From: an uncultured Bacteroidales bacterium
GTDB lineage: Bacteria > Bacteroidota > Bacteroidia > Bacteroidales > VadinHA17
Direction: 5' to 3'
Assembly: GCA_963725785.1 (NCBI GenBank)
Contig: CAVRZV010000014.1
Coordinates: 72,713 to 136,712 of the forward strand
DNA: 64,000 bases
In this document: positions 17,601 to 25,488 of the stretch, one piece after another
Numbering within the stretch: the first letter of the stretch is position 1
How the letters are laid out: the number at the start of each line of letters is the position of its first letter
Notes under the pieces: generated by a model
What the model was told of the DNA's origin: nothing
Database searches by the model: none
The model's input: only the letters and a program-made list of their open reading frames with translations
Position numbers and translations under genes: made by a program

Positions 17601-20210
17601 GAGGTTAATCCCTACGAACACCGGGTAAGGAGCATATTTAAAAGATTTCTGAGTAATGCTCTCATCACCGCCCGGTTCTGCTGCTTTGGCAGTAAAAACA
17701 GCATTCAGCATTCCGGGAGCATTGATCTCTTTTCCCGGATCAAAAATCACAGAGGCATTTCCATTGGCATCAACAGCTTCCTTGAATATATTAACGGTTT
17801 CAGAGCGGAATTCACTTATAGGATCATCAAAAACATACTGTCCGTATTTTTCAAATTCTGTTTTTGCAGGTCTGAGAATATACTCAACTGACGAATTTAA
17901 ATTCTTTGCAACGGTCCCGTTGAGCCATTTTACATTGAGAGTTCCTTTTGTAACAGGATTAGAGCCTCCAAGTATCTCGCCGGGGAAATTCAGATTTATT
18001 TTCAGTCTGTTTGGTTTGACAGTCTCAATTCTTACCCGTTTTGTAAAAGTTGCACCACCGATCCTGAACACTGCATTATAGTTCCCGGTGACAGCTTCCT
18101 GTGACGTTTTAGATGTGAATACCAGAAGGTTTCTGCCATCGGGTTTTTGTACCTGATTATCGACCCTCTGTTCCAGGGGATTAATAAGCTCGAACTGCAC
18201 CGGATGTCCTGCCGGAAGATCGTTCTTCATATCTTTGATGAAAATTGAAAGAAAGATGGAATCGCCGGGTCTCCATACATCCCTGTCTCCATATATAAAT
18301 GCTTTTATCCCCTTTTCCGGTTTATTCCCGGCAACATCGAAAGAGCTTAATGAAAGTGATGATCCGTCGTTGGTTTTAAGATAGTTCCTGTCCTTGTCCT
18401 TTCTTGCAATTATCAGGAAAGGTTTTCTTTCGCAGAATATTGCAACCGATCCATCCGGGTTTGTGGTTCCTGAAGAAATAAGCTGCATCTGTAGATCGAA
18501 AACGTCAATTTTAACTTCATTTAACGGCAGAGCAGTAAGAAGATCGTTTACCATCACATGCAGAATATTGTCATCTCCCTTTTTGGCGATCAGTCCTAAA
18601 TTTGATGCCAGTATATTCCTTGATACTCTTTTGTCGGGACTATAATAAGCATCGGTACATGGATTGTTACGATCATTCCAATCGAATCCGGATCGATAAT
18701 ATATTTCTTCTTCGCTATCCTCATAATAATTCTCCGGATCGTCCCAAAACTCACGGCTCTGTTCCTGAGCCTGCTGAAGCGCTTCTTCGTATTTACTTTC
18801 TCCACCGGTTGTACTGCACGGGTAAAGTGAATAAGATCTTCTCATACCCAGTTCTACCTTATAAAGAACACCGGGTTCAATATCAATATAGTCAGCCAGG
18901 TCGATTGTATAAAGATTCCATGTCCCGGCATTCATTGCAGAACCTGTAACGAGGTCAACGCGTCCTGAATAAACAGGACGGCCGAACCGTTTTACAGAGT
19001 TACTGCCATTTATGTCGTTCTCCTGGAGAAAATAAGGAATAGTGTTATCAAATATTTTGATTATTTTAAGATCAACAGCTTTTAGATTAACAGCTCTGAA
19101 AGGAAAGATAAGATTCTTTGAAGAAGGAAGAATGACTCCTTTCCCCTCGGGAACTATTTGAGGTATCCAGGAAGTAAAGTCAAGTTGTTTCGTGAATGCT
19201 GATGAGAGAATTGCTCCCCTGATGTTTTTAACTGATGCTTCAACATTCAACTCAACAGCACCCTGTAATCTTTTTGCCGGGAAGACGCTTATAATATTCG
19301 AAGCTATACTAATAGTACTTTCGGTTGAAGGAGTAAAATGAATAAGTCCGTCGGTCTCCTGGGCTGCATCTATGCCATCGGAAAATATGATATCGATTTT
19401 CTGACTTTCACCTGAACTGGTAATTACGTCAAGAACACTGAATTCACCTGACGGCGGAATATTTAGTGTATATGATCCTTTCTGTTTTACTCCGGCAGAA
19501 GAGCCGTCCCACGAGAGTGTAAGTTCCTGCGATTTACCTGCACGGTCAATACCGGTTATTGTGAATTTATGAATCAGGTTAACCGAATGGTCCCATGTTA
19601 ACTCCATCTTTTTTCTTCCAAGTTTTACGGTTATGTAATTCTCGGCTTCTGCCGGCTCAATAAAATCAGATGCAACAATTTCCCCGTGCAGGATATAGCT
19701 GTTTCCTTCAGCATTGGAACATTCCAGCGTTCCGAAAGTGACGCGGAAATCTTTTTTAAGAGTCTGTATCCTTAATGGGAATATTCTCAGTCTCTCTTTC
19801 ACTTCTGAAAGTTTACCAAGGTTAAGTCCGCCGGTATAGGTTTTCCCGGGATCAAGAAGTCGTGCAGGAGTAAAGATCAGCGTTGTCTCATCTTTCCATT
19901 CTGTTTTCCCCTTAATTGATGGTTCAAAAACAAACAACCCTGTGGCTGACTTATTAGCTTTAGCTGCAAACTCAGGAGTAAATCGTATCTCAATTGATGA
20001 ATTAGCGGGAATTACACCTGAAGAGTACCCTGAAATATATTCAGTGAATCCTTTATCGAGTGGAATATTTGCCGGGACAGCTTCCGGAGCTTGATTTCCG
20101 AACGGTTTTAAAGGTTTTTTTTCTTTTGTCCCACATGAGGATACGAGAAGAAGGATGATGAAAATTGAAATAAGTTTTGCCGCTTTCATAGTCAGGATAT
20201 TTGGTTGCAT
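14613..20210 (-). CDS. Bacterial alpha-2-macroglobulin family lipoprotein with a thioester site
   Basis: 1865-aa intact ORF with lipobox LLVSSCG and the thioester motif in DYPHGCSEQITSAAFPQL (CxEQ). The real start is probably the MKAAKL codon at about 20189. Confidence 0.9.
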   Translation of the reverse strand: MQPNILTMKAAKLISIFIILLLVSSCGTKEKKPLKPFGNQAPEAVPANIPLDKGFTEYISGYSSGVIPANSSIEIRFTPEFAAKANKSATGLFVFEPSIKGKTEWKDETTLIFTPARLLDPGKTYTGGLNLGKLSEVKERLRIFPLRIQTLKKDFRVTFGTLECSNAEGNSYILHGEIVASDFIEPAEAENYITVKLGRKKMELTWDHSVNLIHKFTITGIDRAGKSQELTLSWDGSSAGVKQKGSYTLNIPPSGEFSVLDVITSSGESQKIDIIFSDGIDAAQETDGLIHFTPSTESTISIASNIISVFPAKRLQGAVELNVEASVKNIRGAILSSAFTKQLDFTSWIPQIVPEGKGVILPSSKNLIFPFRAVNLKAVDLKIIKIFDNTIPYFLQENDINGSNSVKRFGRPVYSGRVDLVTGSAMNAGTWNLYTIDLADYIDIEPGVLYKVELGMRRSYSLYPCSTTGGESKYEEALQQAQEQSREFWDDPENYYEDSEEEIYYRSGFDWNDRNNPCTDAYYSPDKRVSRNILASNLGLIAKKGDDNILHVMVNDLLTALPLNEVKIDVFDLQMQLISSGTTNPDGSVAIFCERKPFLIIARKDKDRNYLKTNDGSSLSLSSFDVAGNKPEKGIKAFIYGDRDVWRPGDSIFLSIFIKDMKNDLPAGHPVQFELINPLEQRVDNQVQKPDGRNLLVFTSKTSQEAVTGNYNAVFRIGGATFTKRVRIETVKPNRLKINLNFPGEILGGSNPVTKGTLNVKWLNGTVAKNLNSSVEYILRPAKTEFEKYGQYVFDDPISEFRSETVNIFKEAVDANGNASVIFDPGKEINAPGMLNAVFTAKAAEPGGDESITQKSFKYAPYPVFVGINLPGLKGKSRMLFTDADNEVRLVTVDENGKPVRSEVEITIYKINYRWWWESDEENLASFISNNNYKPVLKKTITTSGGEGSFSFNIDKKQWGRYLIRATTPAGHSTGKILLIDWPWEYGMKGNTEGATLLVINTDKDKYNPGDEIKLSFPAPENARAIVTLENSTGIMDEIRVNAEKGNTVVTFKARPEMAPNIYAYVTVIQPHAQTVNDMPVRLYGVVPVMVEDPGTRLTPKIEMADEIRSQKPFVIKVSETNSKAMTYTVAVVDEGLLDITGFKTPDPWTYFYAREALGVQTWDLYDFVLGAFGGTLERIFAIGGDEAVADKSANKAQRFVPVVKFLGPFNLEAGKTNTHSLTLPQYTGSVRTMIVAGSDRAFGMAEKSVFVKDPLMLLVTAPRVISPGEKVALPISLFIQKDGIKEISIKAEGNDLVSFGEKTKNILVSGTGEKDSEFLFTAGEKTGVAKISVTATGGGESATYNMQIEVRSPNPPEIRAELKMIRQGEKFETNFKPFGIEGSNSAVLEVSSLPAINLEKRMEYLLDYPHGCSEQITSAAFPQLWLKDLSGNDPSVIKSASENITEAINKLVSRQMISGGIALWPGSSQPDNWVTSYAGHFITEAERKGFSLPPGFKQKWMNYQKRTAQDWRFDTRYKQSANDQAYRLFTLALAGQPEKGAMNRLRESSAIPQLSRWLLAAAYATTGRPEVAAGLLDVRNIVTEQEYYSYYYGSEMRDKAIILYTLTLLKNDEQAVSLLKVICDNFNNDSWYSTQAIAWGLFSYMKWIESTPGNNNSPSKIQIIMNGKKSEQTIGSKQVWSKAINEANGNNSLIVENNSDKPLYITLTRKGVPLISDITREDKGLFMKIDYMDMDLKPVDQKNLRQGSDFMMVVKVTNNTFGLVENIALTEMVPSGWEIRNTRLFEADYGIKESTSDYRDFRDDRVNTYFSLTQGQTKTFVLIANAAYKGEFYQPSVFCEAMYVPNCYSRYPGGPVKVTGQKIE

Positions 20211-20400
20211 CGTAAATCAGATTAGAGAATCTAAAGTACAAATAAAAACTGTATCCGACCCCAACCTACGGGTTTTCGCCCCCCGGCCCGTGTTTTTGCC
20301 CCCCAGCCCCCTAAAGGGGGGTTCATTCCGTAATATATTAGAGGTGTCAGTTAAGTGATGGGCTCAAAAGTTTAGTTAAAACTCTCCCCTCCTTTTGAAG

Positions 20401-21733
20401 TGTTCGGACCATAGACATCGGTAACAGGGGTCACATACATCGGTAACAGTTTTTAATATTAATTTTTTAAACTAGGGATAGATTTAATTTATAAAGCTAT
20501 GCCCTTCATTGACAAAACTGTTATGGAACAAAAAGTTGAGTTCGTTTTCCTGGCTAAAACGTTAAATGGATTTAAGTTTAGTGTTTTATGTAAGAGGTTT
20601 AATATCAGTCGAAAGACTGGATATAAATGGCTGAACCGCTATAAAGAAAAAGGGTTACCTGGTTTGCAGGAGAAAACTAGACGACCTTTTGTCTCACCAC
20701 GAAAGTGTCCTGGAGAAGTAGAAGATTATGTAATCAGGTTACGTAAGAAAGAACCTGAGTGGGGACCAAAGAAACTTCGAAGGATTATGCAGGATAAAAA
20801 AGAAGAAGGGAAGTATACATTTACGACCATACCAGCTAAAAACACTATAGGTAAGATCCTCTTGCGTAATGGAATGATTACTGCAGAAAGAAGTCTTGAG
20901 TCAAAACCCTTTACACGTTTTGAATATGATAATCCTAATGATCTATGGCAAATGGACTTCAAAGGCTATTTTTCTATGCTTAATAGAAAATATTGTCACC
21001 CTTTGGCAATCTTAGATGATCACAGCCGGTTTAATATTGGCTTGTTTGCATGCTCTGATCAGAAGCTGGATACAGTTCAGCAAAGTCTTATACATGTATT
21101 TAAAAGGTATGGTTTACCAGCGAGCATTCTTACCGATAACGGAGCTCCGTGGGGATCTGGCTGCCAGGAAACAAAGAATGTAGTAAGAGTCATTCACCGA
21201 ACTTGAAAAATGGTTAATTAGACTTAATATCAGGCTAATACATGGCAGGCCATATCATCCCCAAACTCAGGGAAAGGAAGAAAGATTTAATCAAACTTTT
21301 AAAAAAGAAGTACTAAAATATAATGCTTTCCGGGATATTAATCATTGTCAAAATTATTTTGATTGGTGGAGAGATAAGTATAACTGTCGAAGGCCTCATG
21401 AGTCATTGAATCAGGATGTGCCTGCAAAGCATTATCATCCTAGTGTTAGGTCATATCCCGCTGTTTTACCACCAGTTGAATATGAACAGAATGTTTTAAT
21501 TAGAAAAGTAGAAGATCATGGACAAATATCTCTTAAGAATATAAAATATAAGATTGGTACGGCTTTTACGGGTGATTATGTTGGTGTTAAACCTACAAAT
21601 GAGGATGGAGAATATGAAGTGTTTTATTGTAATCAATACTTAAGAAAGAATATCTTTAAGAGATATTAAATAACTTTGAAAAAGTGTATACCATGTCTAT
21701 GACCCCTTGTATACTATGTCCGTGGTCCGAACA
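20401..21733 (+). mobile_element. IS481-family insertion sequence (1333 bp) with imperfect terminal inverted repeats and a 5-bp target-site duplication
   Basis: The left end is TGTTCGGACCAtaGACAT... and the reverse complement of the right end is TGTTCGGACCAcgGACAT.... Flanking TGAAG occurs at 20396-20400 and 21734-21738. Joining the flanks rebuilds the palindromic repeat cccctccttTTGAAGgaggggtggcc. Confidence 0.85.
20499..21669 (+). pseudogene. IS481-family DDE transposase, split by one frameshift near 21180-21200 (pieces 20499..21206 and about 21190..21669)
   Basis: N-terminal HTH (LCKRFNISRKTGYKWLNRYKEKG). The rve-type catalytic core has WQMDFKG, ILTDNGAPWG and, in the +1 frame, IRLIHGRPYHPQTQGKEERFNQTFKKE. 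Confidence 0.8.
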
Positions 21734-21758
21734 TGAAGGAGGGGTGGCCGGACCACTG

Positions 21759-22022
21759 TTAAACTATGATACAAATTCTGATACCGGCCGGGGTGGTTGA
21801 TTGTTGTGGATTTCCATCAAGCTCAATTATAAGTTTTTCTGAAGCACAAAAAAAGTCAACTATGTAGTTACCTATACTGTGTTGTCTTCTGAATTTTCTT
21901 GCATTAAGTTTCTTTGATTTTAAAATGTTCCATAACTCAGCCTCAGCAGAAGTGGACTTGTTCCTTAGAGATGATCTAAAGAATTTAAGGTTTTTCCTGT
22001 TAAAGAGGTTTTGGTTTTTCAT
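21759..22022 (-). pseudogene. DUF559 (Vsr-like endonuclease domain) gene remnant, 3' part replaced by repeat sequence
   Basis: SAEAELWNILKSKKLNARKFRRQHSIGNYIVDFFCASEKLIIELDG is the N-terminal two-thirds of a DUF559 domain. It then reads into the ggggtggttgat repeat arm (NPQQSTTPAG). Confidence 0.65.
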
Positions 22023-22050
22023 ACCAATAAAGGTAAGAAGAAATCAATGA

Positions 22051-22137
22051 ATCAACCACCCCGGTCGGGAAAGAAAATTCTGTATATATAAGATAATCAA
22101 TCGTCCCGACCACCCCTCCTTCAAAAGGAGGGGAAAC
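22051..22137. repeat. Inverted arm of the CCCCTCCTT-hairpin repeat family (partner of the arm split by the IS)
   Basis: atcaaccaccccGGTCGGGA..(33-nt loop)..TCCCGACCaCCCCTCCTTcaaaAGGAGGGGaaac. Confidence 0.75.
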
Positions 22138-22213
22138 TTTTTTATATAGTATCTCATTCATCCCAAAGCTTTGGTTGACAGCTATGGGGCTGGGGAGCAA
22201 AAAACAATGGAAT

Positions 22214-22648
22214 TTAAACGTTCCGATTTTCTAAATACTCAATCGTCTTATTAAACAAATGCGGCTGGATATCCGGATGAGTAAGATTCTGAGGCAGATG
22301 ATCAGATAAAATTATTTCAGCGATTTCCGAAATATCTGGTATCGGACCAATTTCTGTAACTTCAGCATAATATAGCCTCCCCCAGCCTGTATCACCGTCA
22401 ATTGTAACAGAATATGTCGCAATACAATGCAGACTGAAGGCAATTGCACCAGTTTCTTCCATCAATTCGCGTCCGGCAGCCACAAATGAACTTTCGCCTT
22501 TCTCAATATGACCTCCGGCTATTTCCCATGTTTGTCGCAGATTGTGCCTGACAAAAATCCATTTATTTTCAAACTTTGCAGATATAACTGAATATGTCAG
22601 CTCCGAATCCGGAACATAATACGGGTCGAAAAATTTTACTTCTGTCAT
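22214..22648 (-). CDS. NUDIX hydrolase
   Basis: Nudix box GGHIEKGESSFVAAGRELMEETGA. Confidence 0.8.
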   Translation of the reverse strand: MTEVKFFDPYYVPDSELTYSVISAKFENKWIFVRHNLRQTWEIAGGHIEKGESSFVAAGRELMEETGAIAFSLHCIATYSVTIDGDTGWGRLYYAEVTEIGPIPDISEIAEIILSDHLPQNLTHPDIQPHLFNKTIEYLENRNV

Positions 22649-22686
22649 TTATCACATTATACTATTTCAAACTAAAGTGTTTTATT

Positions 22687-22764
22687 CCTTTGTGTTACTT
22701 TGTGCTGACCTTTGTGGTTAAAAAAAATTAAACACAAAGGGACACAAAGTAAAACACAAAGAAG
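22687..22764. repeat. Long palindrome built from triple CTTTGTG / CACAAAG motifs in a divergent promoter region
   Basis: cCTTTGTGttaCTTTGTGctgaCCTTTGTGgtt ... aaaCACAAAGggaCACAAAGtaaaaCACAAAGaag. Confidence 0.7.
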
Positions 22765-22862
22765 CTCTAAGGTTATACATGAGACAACAATTAGTGTTGC
22801 TAATGTAAGAATAATCAGGATAATTAATATTTGACTACTTTTGCTTGCTAAATTTCAACTAA

Positions 22863-24044
22863 ATGGGATTGTTGATTGTTCTGATCATTACCGAGATTTT
22901 CACACCGGTGGTTATGCGGCAGCACTTCTACTCCGGTTCAAAATCAAAATATACAATTTCAATAGTTATTCATGTTATCCTTAGTTTATGGGTCTGGATA
23001 CTGTATTTCGAAACAATTTATTATAACAGTTTTTTTGATAATCCAAAGCATGTATGGCTGTTGTTGAATTTGACAGGCATTGTTATGGCTGTAGTTATTC
23101 CCAGAGTAATTTTAAATATTCTGCACTTCTCAGGCAAAATAATCAAAATAAGAAATGGAGGTCATATAAGGTGGCTGACAAATACCGGATTTATTTTAAT
23201 GCTTGTAATACCAGCTATATTATCTTTTAGTGCGCTCTACGGGAGATTTAATTTCAAAACTGAAGAGGTAACTCTAAACATCAAAGGGTTAAATGAAGAT
23301 CTTAATGGTTTGAAAATTATCCAGTTATCCGACATGCATCTCACAACCTTCTATCATCACAAAAATTTATTAAAGAAGGTCATGAAAGAAGTCAATGCCA
23401 TCAAGCCTGACCTCATTGTCAACACCGGAGACTTTGTAAGCTTTGGATGGAGGGAATTTGAAGGATACGACACAATTCTCAATAAAGCCATGAGCAAGTA
23501 TGGCAATTATGCGATTTTAGGGAACCACGATATCGGAACCTACGATCCTTTTTTCACTGAGGCGGATAAGGAAAATAATGTACTGCTAATGAATAAATTG
23601 ATTGAGGCTTCAGGATATCAGGTTCTAAACGATGAATTTAAAATCGTCAAAATAGGGAGGGCAAGAATTGCACTTATTGGTGTTATCACCAAAGGTCGGC
23701 ATCCGCATATGATTCATGGTAATCTGACAAAGGCAATTTCAGGACTCGACAGTGTTGATCTCAAGATACTTCTCACACACGATCCTAATCATTGGGCCGA
23801 AGCTGTATCGGGGAAGACTGACATTGGAATTACTCTTTCGGGACATACACATGGTATGCAGATGGGAATAATCACAAAAAAATTCAAATGGAGCCCGGCT
23901 AAATATTTCTATCCTCACTGGAATGGTCTTTATGAGACCGGCAACCAGTACCAATATGTCAACAGAGGACTAGGGATCCTGGCTTTCCCGTTCAGGATAT
24001 GGATGCCTCCCGAAATTACGATTCTTACACTTAAAAGAGAATAG
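22863..24044 (+). CDS. Membrane-anchored metallophosphoesterase (YkuE-like)
   Basis: Four or five N-terminal TM segments, then IIQLSDMHL, NTGDFV, GNHD and SGHTHG, the calcineurin-like phosphoesterase motifs. Confidence 0.85.
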   Translation: MGLLIVLIITEIFTPVVMRQHFYSGSKSKYTISIVIHVILSLWVWILYFETIYYNSFFDNPKHVWLLLNLTGIVMAVVIPRVILNILHFSGKIIKIRNGGHIRWLTNTGFILMLVIPAILSFSALYGRFNFKTEEVTLNIKGLNEDLNGLKIIQLSDMHLTTFYHHKNLLKKVMKEVNAIKPDLIVNTGDFVSFGWREFEGYDTILNKAMSKYGNYAILGNHDIGTYDPFFTEADKENNVLLMNKLIEASGYQVLNDEFKIVKIGRARIALIGVITKGRHPHMIHGNLTKAISGLDSVDLKILLTHDPNHWAEAVSGKTDIGITLSGHTHGMQMGIITKKFKWSPAKYFYPHWNGLYETGNQYQYVNRGLGILAFPFRIWMPPEITILTLKRE

Positions 24045-24084
24045 ATAAAACCAACTACAGAACCCGTTAATATAACTGAAAAGA

Positions 24085-24113
24085 AACGGGCAGCAGAGAA
24101 TCTGCCGCCCGTT
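24085..24113 (+). terminator. Stem-loop downstream of the metallophosphoesterase gene
   Basis: AACGGGCAGCAG agaat CTGCCGCCCGTT is a 12-bp stem with one mismatch. No clear T-tract follows. Confidence 0.4.
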
Positions 24114-24140
24114 GATATTACCCTACCCTGAATTTAACTA

Positions 24141-24180
24141 ACCTACTAATCTACTAACCTACTAACCTACTAACCTGATA
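24141..24180. repeat. Tandem 8-mer (acctacta) x5
   Basis: acctacta atctacta acctacta acctacta acctgata. Confidence 0.85.
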
Positions 24181-24445
24181 AGATATGGCTTAAGAAATTA
24201 TTTGGAATAATTTACTGACCATTTTCAGTGTGGGTAATATTTATAAATTATTTAATCATTAGACAAATAATAACAACTTATTATTCCGGTAAATATCATT
24301 TTAATCTTCGTTAATAAACTATATAACAAACCAACACCTGAAAAGTTTAAAAAGGATAGCAGAAAAGGTAAAATTATATCTCAATCAGTTTAAGTAAATT
24401 ACATCCTTTTCAGATACCATTTTCAGAGAAAACCATCAGAGATAA

Positions 24446-25153
24446 ATGTTCCAGGATCAAAAAGTTCACAAAATAGAGGATATAGAATTCAGAGTAATAT
24501 ATTCCGGAAGAAGAACAATCGGGATCAGTGTACTACCTGATACATCAGTTGTCGTGAGAGTTCCATATCTTACTTCACAAAAAACGATCAGCAGGATTAT
24601 TTCCGGTAAATACAGGTGGATTTTAAAGCATCGCGACAATTACAGGAGACTTAATAACGGTTTACTCAAGAAGTCGTATACTGCAGGCGAGGTACATCTT
24701 TTCCGTGGAAATGAATCAATTCTCACGATTGAAAAATCAGTAAAACCTTATATCCGGTTTGATGATGGCATCATTGTGTTGGGTTTAGAAAAGGCTGATA
24801 GTCCGATTACAGTAAAACGTCTGCTTTACAGAGGGTACAAAAATGAAGCTTTAAAAATTTTACCGGAATTAATGAATAAGGTTCTCAGGGAACATGAAAA
24901 TCAAATGTTTAAGCCGGAAGGTTTGATCATAAGAACGATGAAGAGAAGATGGGGAAGCTGTTCAAACAAGGGTATTATAACTTTAAGTACTGAACTCATA
25001 AAACTTGCTGATCTGTACATTGAGTATGTTATCATTCATGAATTATGCCATCTCAGGCACCATAATCATGGTTCACAATATTATAAACTTCTGTCTGAGG
25101 TTTTCCCTGAATGGAAAACTGTGAGAAAAGAATTGAGAAAATATATCCAGTGA
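24446..25153 (+). CDS. YgjP-like (DUF45) zinc metallopeptidase-fold protein
   Basis: 235 aa with HELCHLRHHNH (HExxH) near the C-terminus and the typical RRWGSCS segment. Confidence 0.8.
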   Translation: MFQDQKVHKIEDIEFRVIYSGRRTIGISVLPDTSVVVRVPYLTSQKTISRIISGKYRWILKHRDNYRRLNNGLLKKSYTAGEVHLFRGNESILTIEKSVKPYIRFDDGIIVLGLEKADSPITVKRLLYRGYKNEALKILPELMNKVLREHENQMFKPEGLIIRTMKRRWGSCSNKGIITLSTELIKLADLYIEYVIIHELCHLRHHNHGSQYYKLLSEVFPEWKTVRKELRKYIQ

Positions 25154-25274
25154 TGGGTGTTCTTACCTCATCCCTAGACCCCATAGCCGTCAACCTAAGA
25201 AGTTGAAAATAGTAAAATATGGAGAGAGTTTAGTCCAAAACAGAATGTAAAGTATTGAATATATGTCTGATACA

Positions 25275-25433
25275 TTTCCCCTCCTTTTGAAGGAGGGGTG
25301 TCACGACGCAGGAGTGACGGGGTGGTTGATTCATTGTCTTGTCCTGAAATACGTTGACAAAAAATATTAAAATAATCAACCACCCCGGCCTGCGGCCACC
25401 CCTCCTTCAAAAGGAGGGGAAAATTTAAATAAT
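25275..25433. repeat. Foldback repeat element of the same family as 3421-3623, in opposite orientation, with a 41-bp core
   Basis: Left arm: tttCCCCTCCTTttgaAGGAGGGGtGTCACgacgcaggaGTGACggggtggttgat. Right arm: atcaaccaccccGGCCtgcGGCCaCCCCTCCTTcaaaAGGAGGGGaaaa. Confidence 0.8.
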
Positions 25434-25488
25434 TTAGACTAGCCTTAAAAACCTACCCCCTTCTCCTGTTATTCCATTAGGGTTACCA

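Noticed and set aside
15040-18949. Multiple plus-strand ORFs of 60-140 aa inside the alpha-2-macroglobulin gene (for example 17026..17415 and 17656..18081)
   Set aside because: They are antisense to an intact 1865-aa ORF with clear family motifs. They have low-complexity, Ser/Phe/Leu-rich translations and no start context.
21150-21210. A programmed ribosomal frameshift in the IS481 transposase
   Set aside because: IS481-family transposases are normally a single ORF. The shift needed is +1, there is no A6G-type slippery heptamer with a downstream structure, and the window has many other stray indels.
24446-25153. The YgjP/DUF45 gene as a marker of a type I restriction-modification or defence island
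   Set aside because: There are no hsdR/M/S, methylase, nuclease or other defence genes nearby. The neighbours are housekeeping-type hydrolases.
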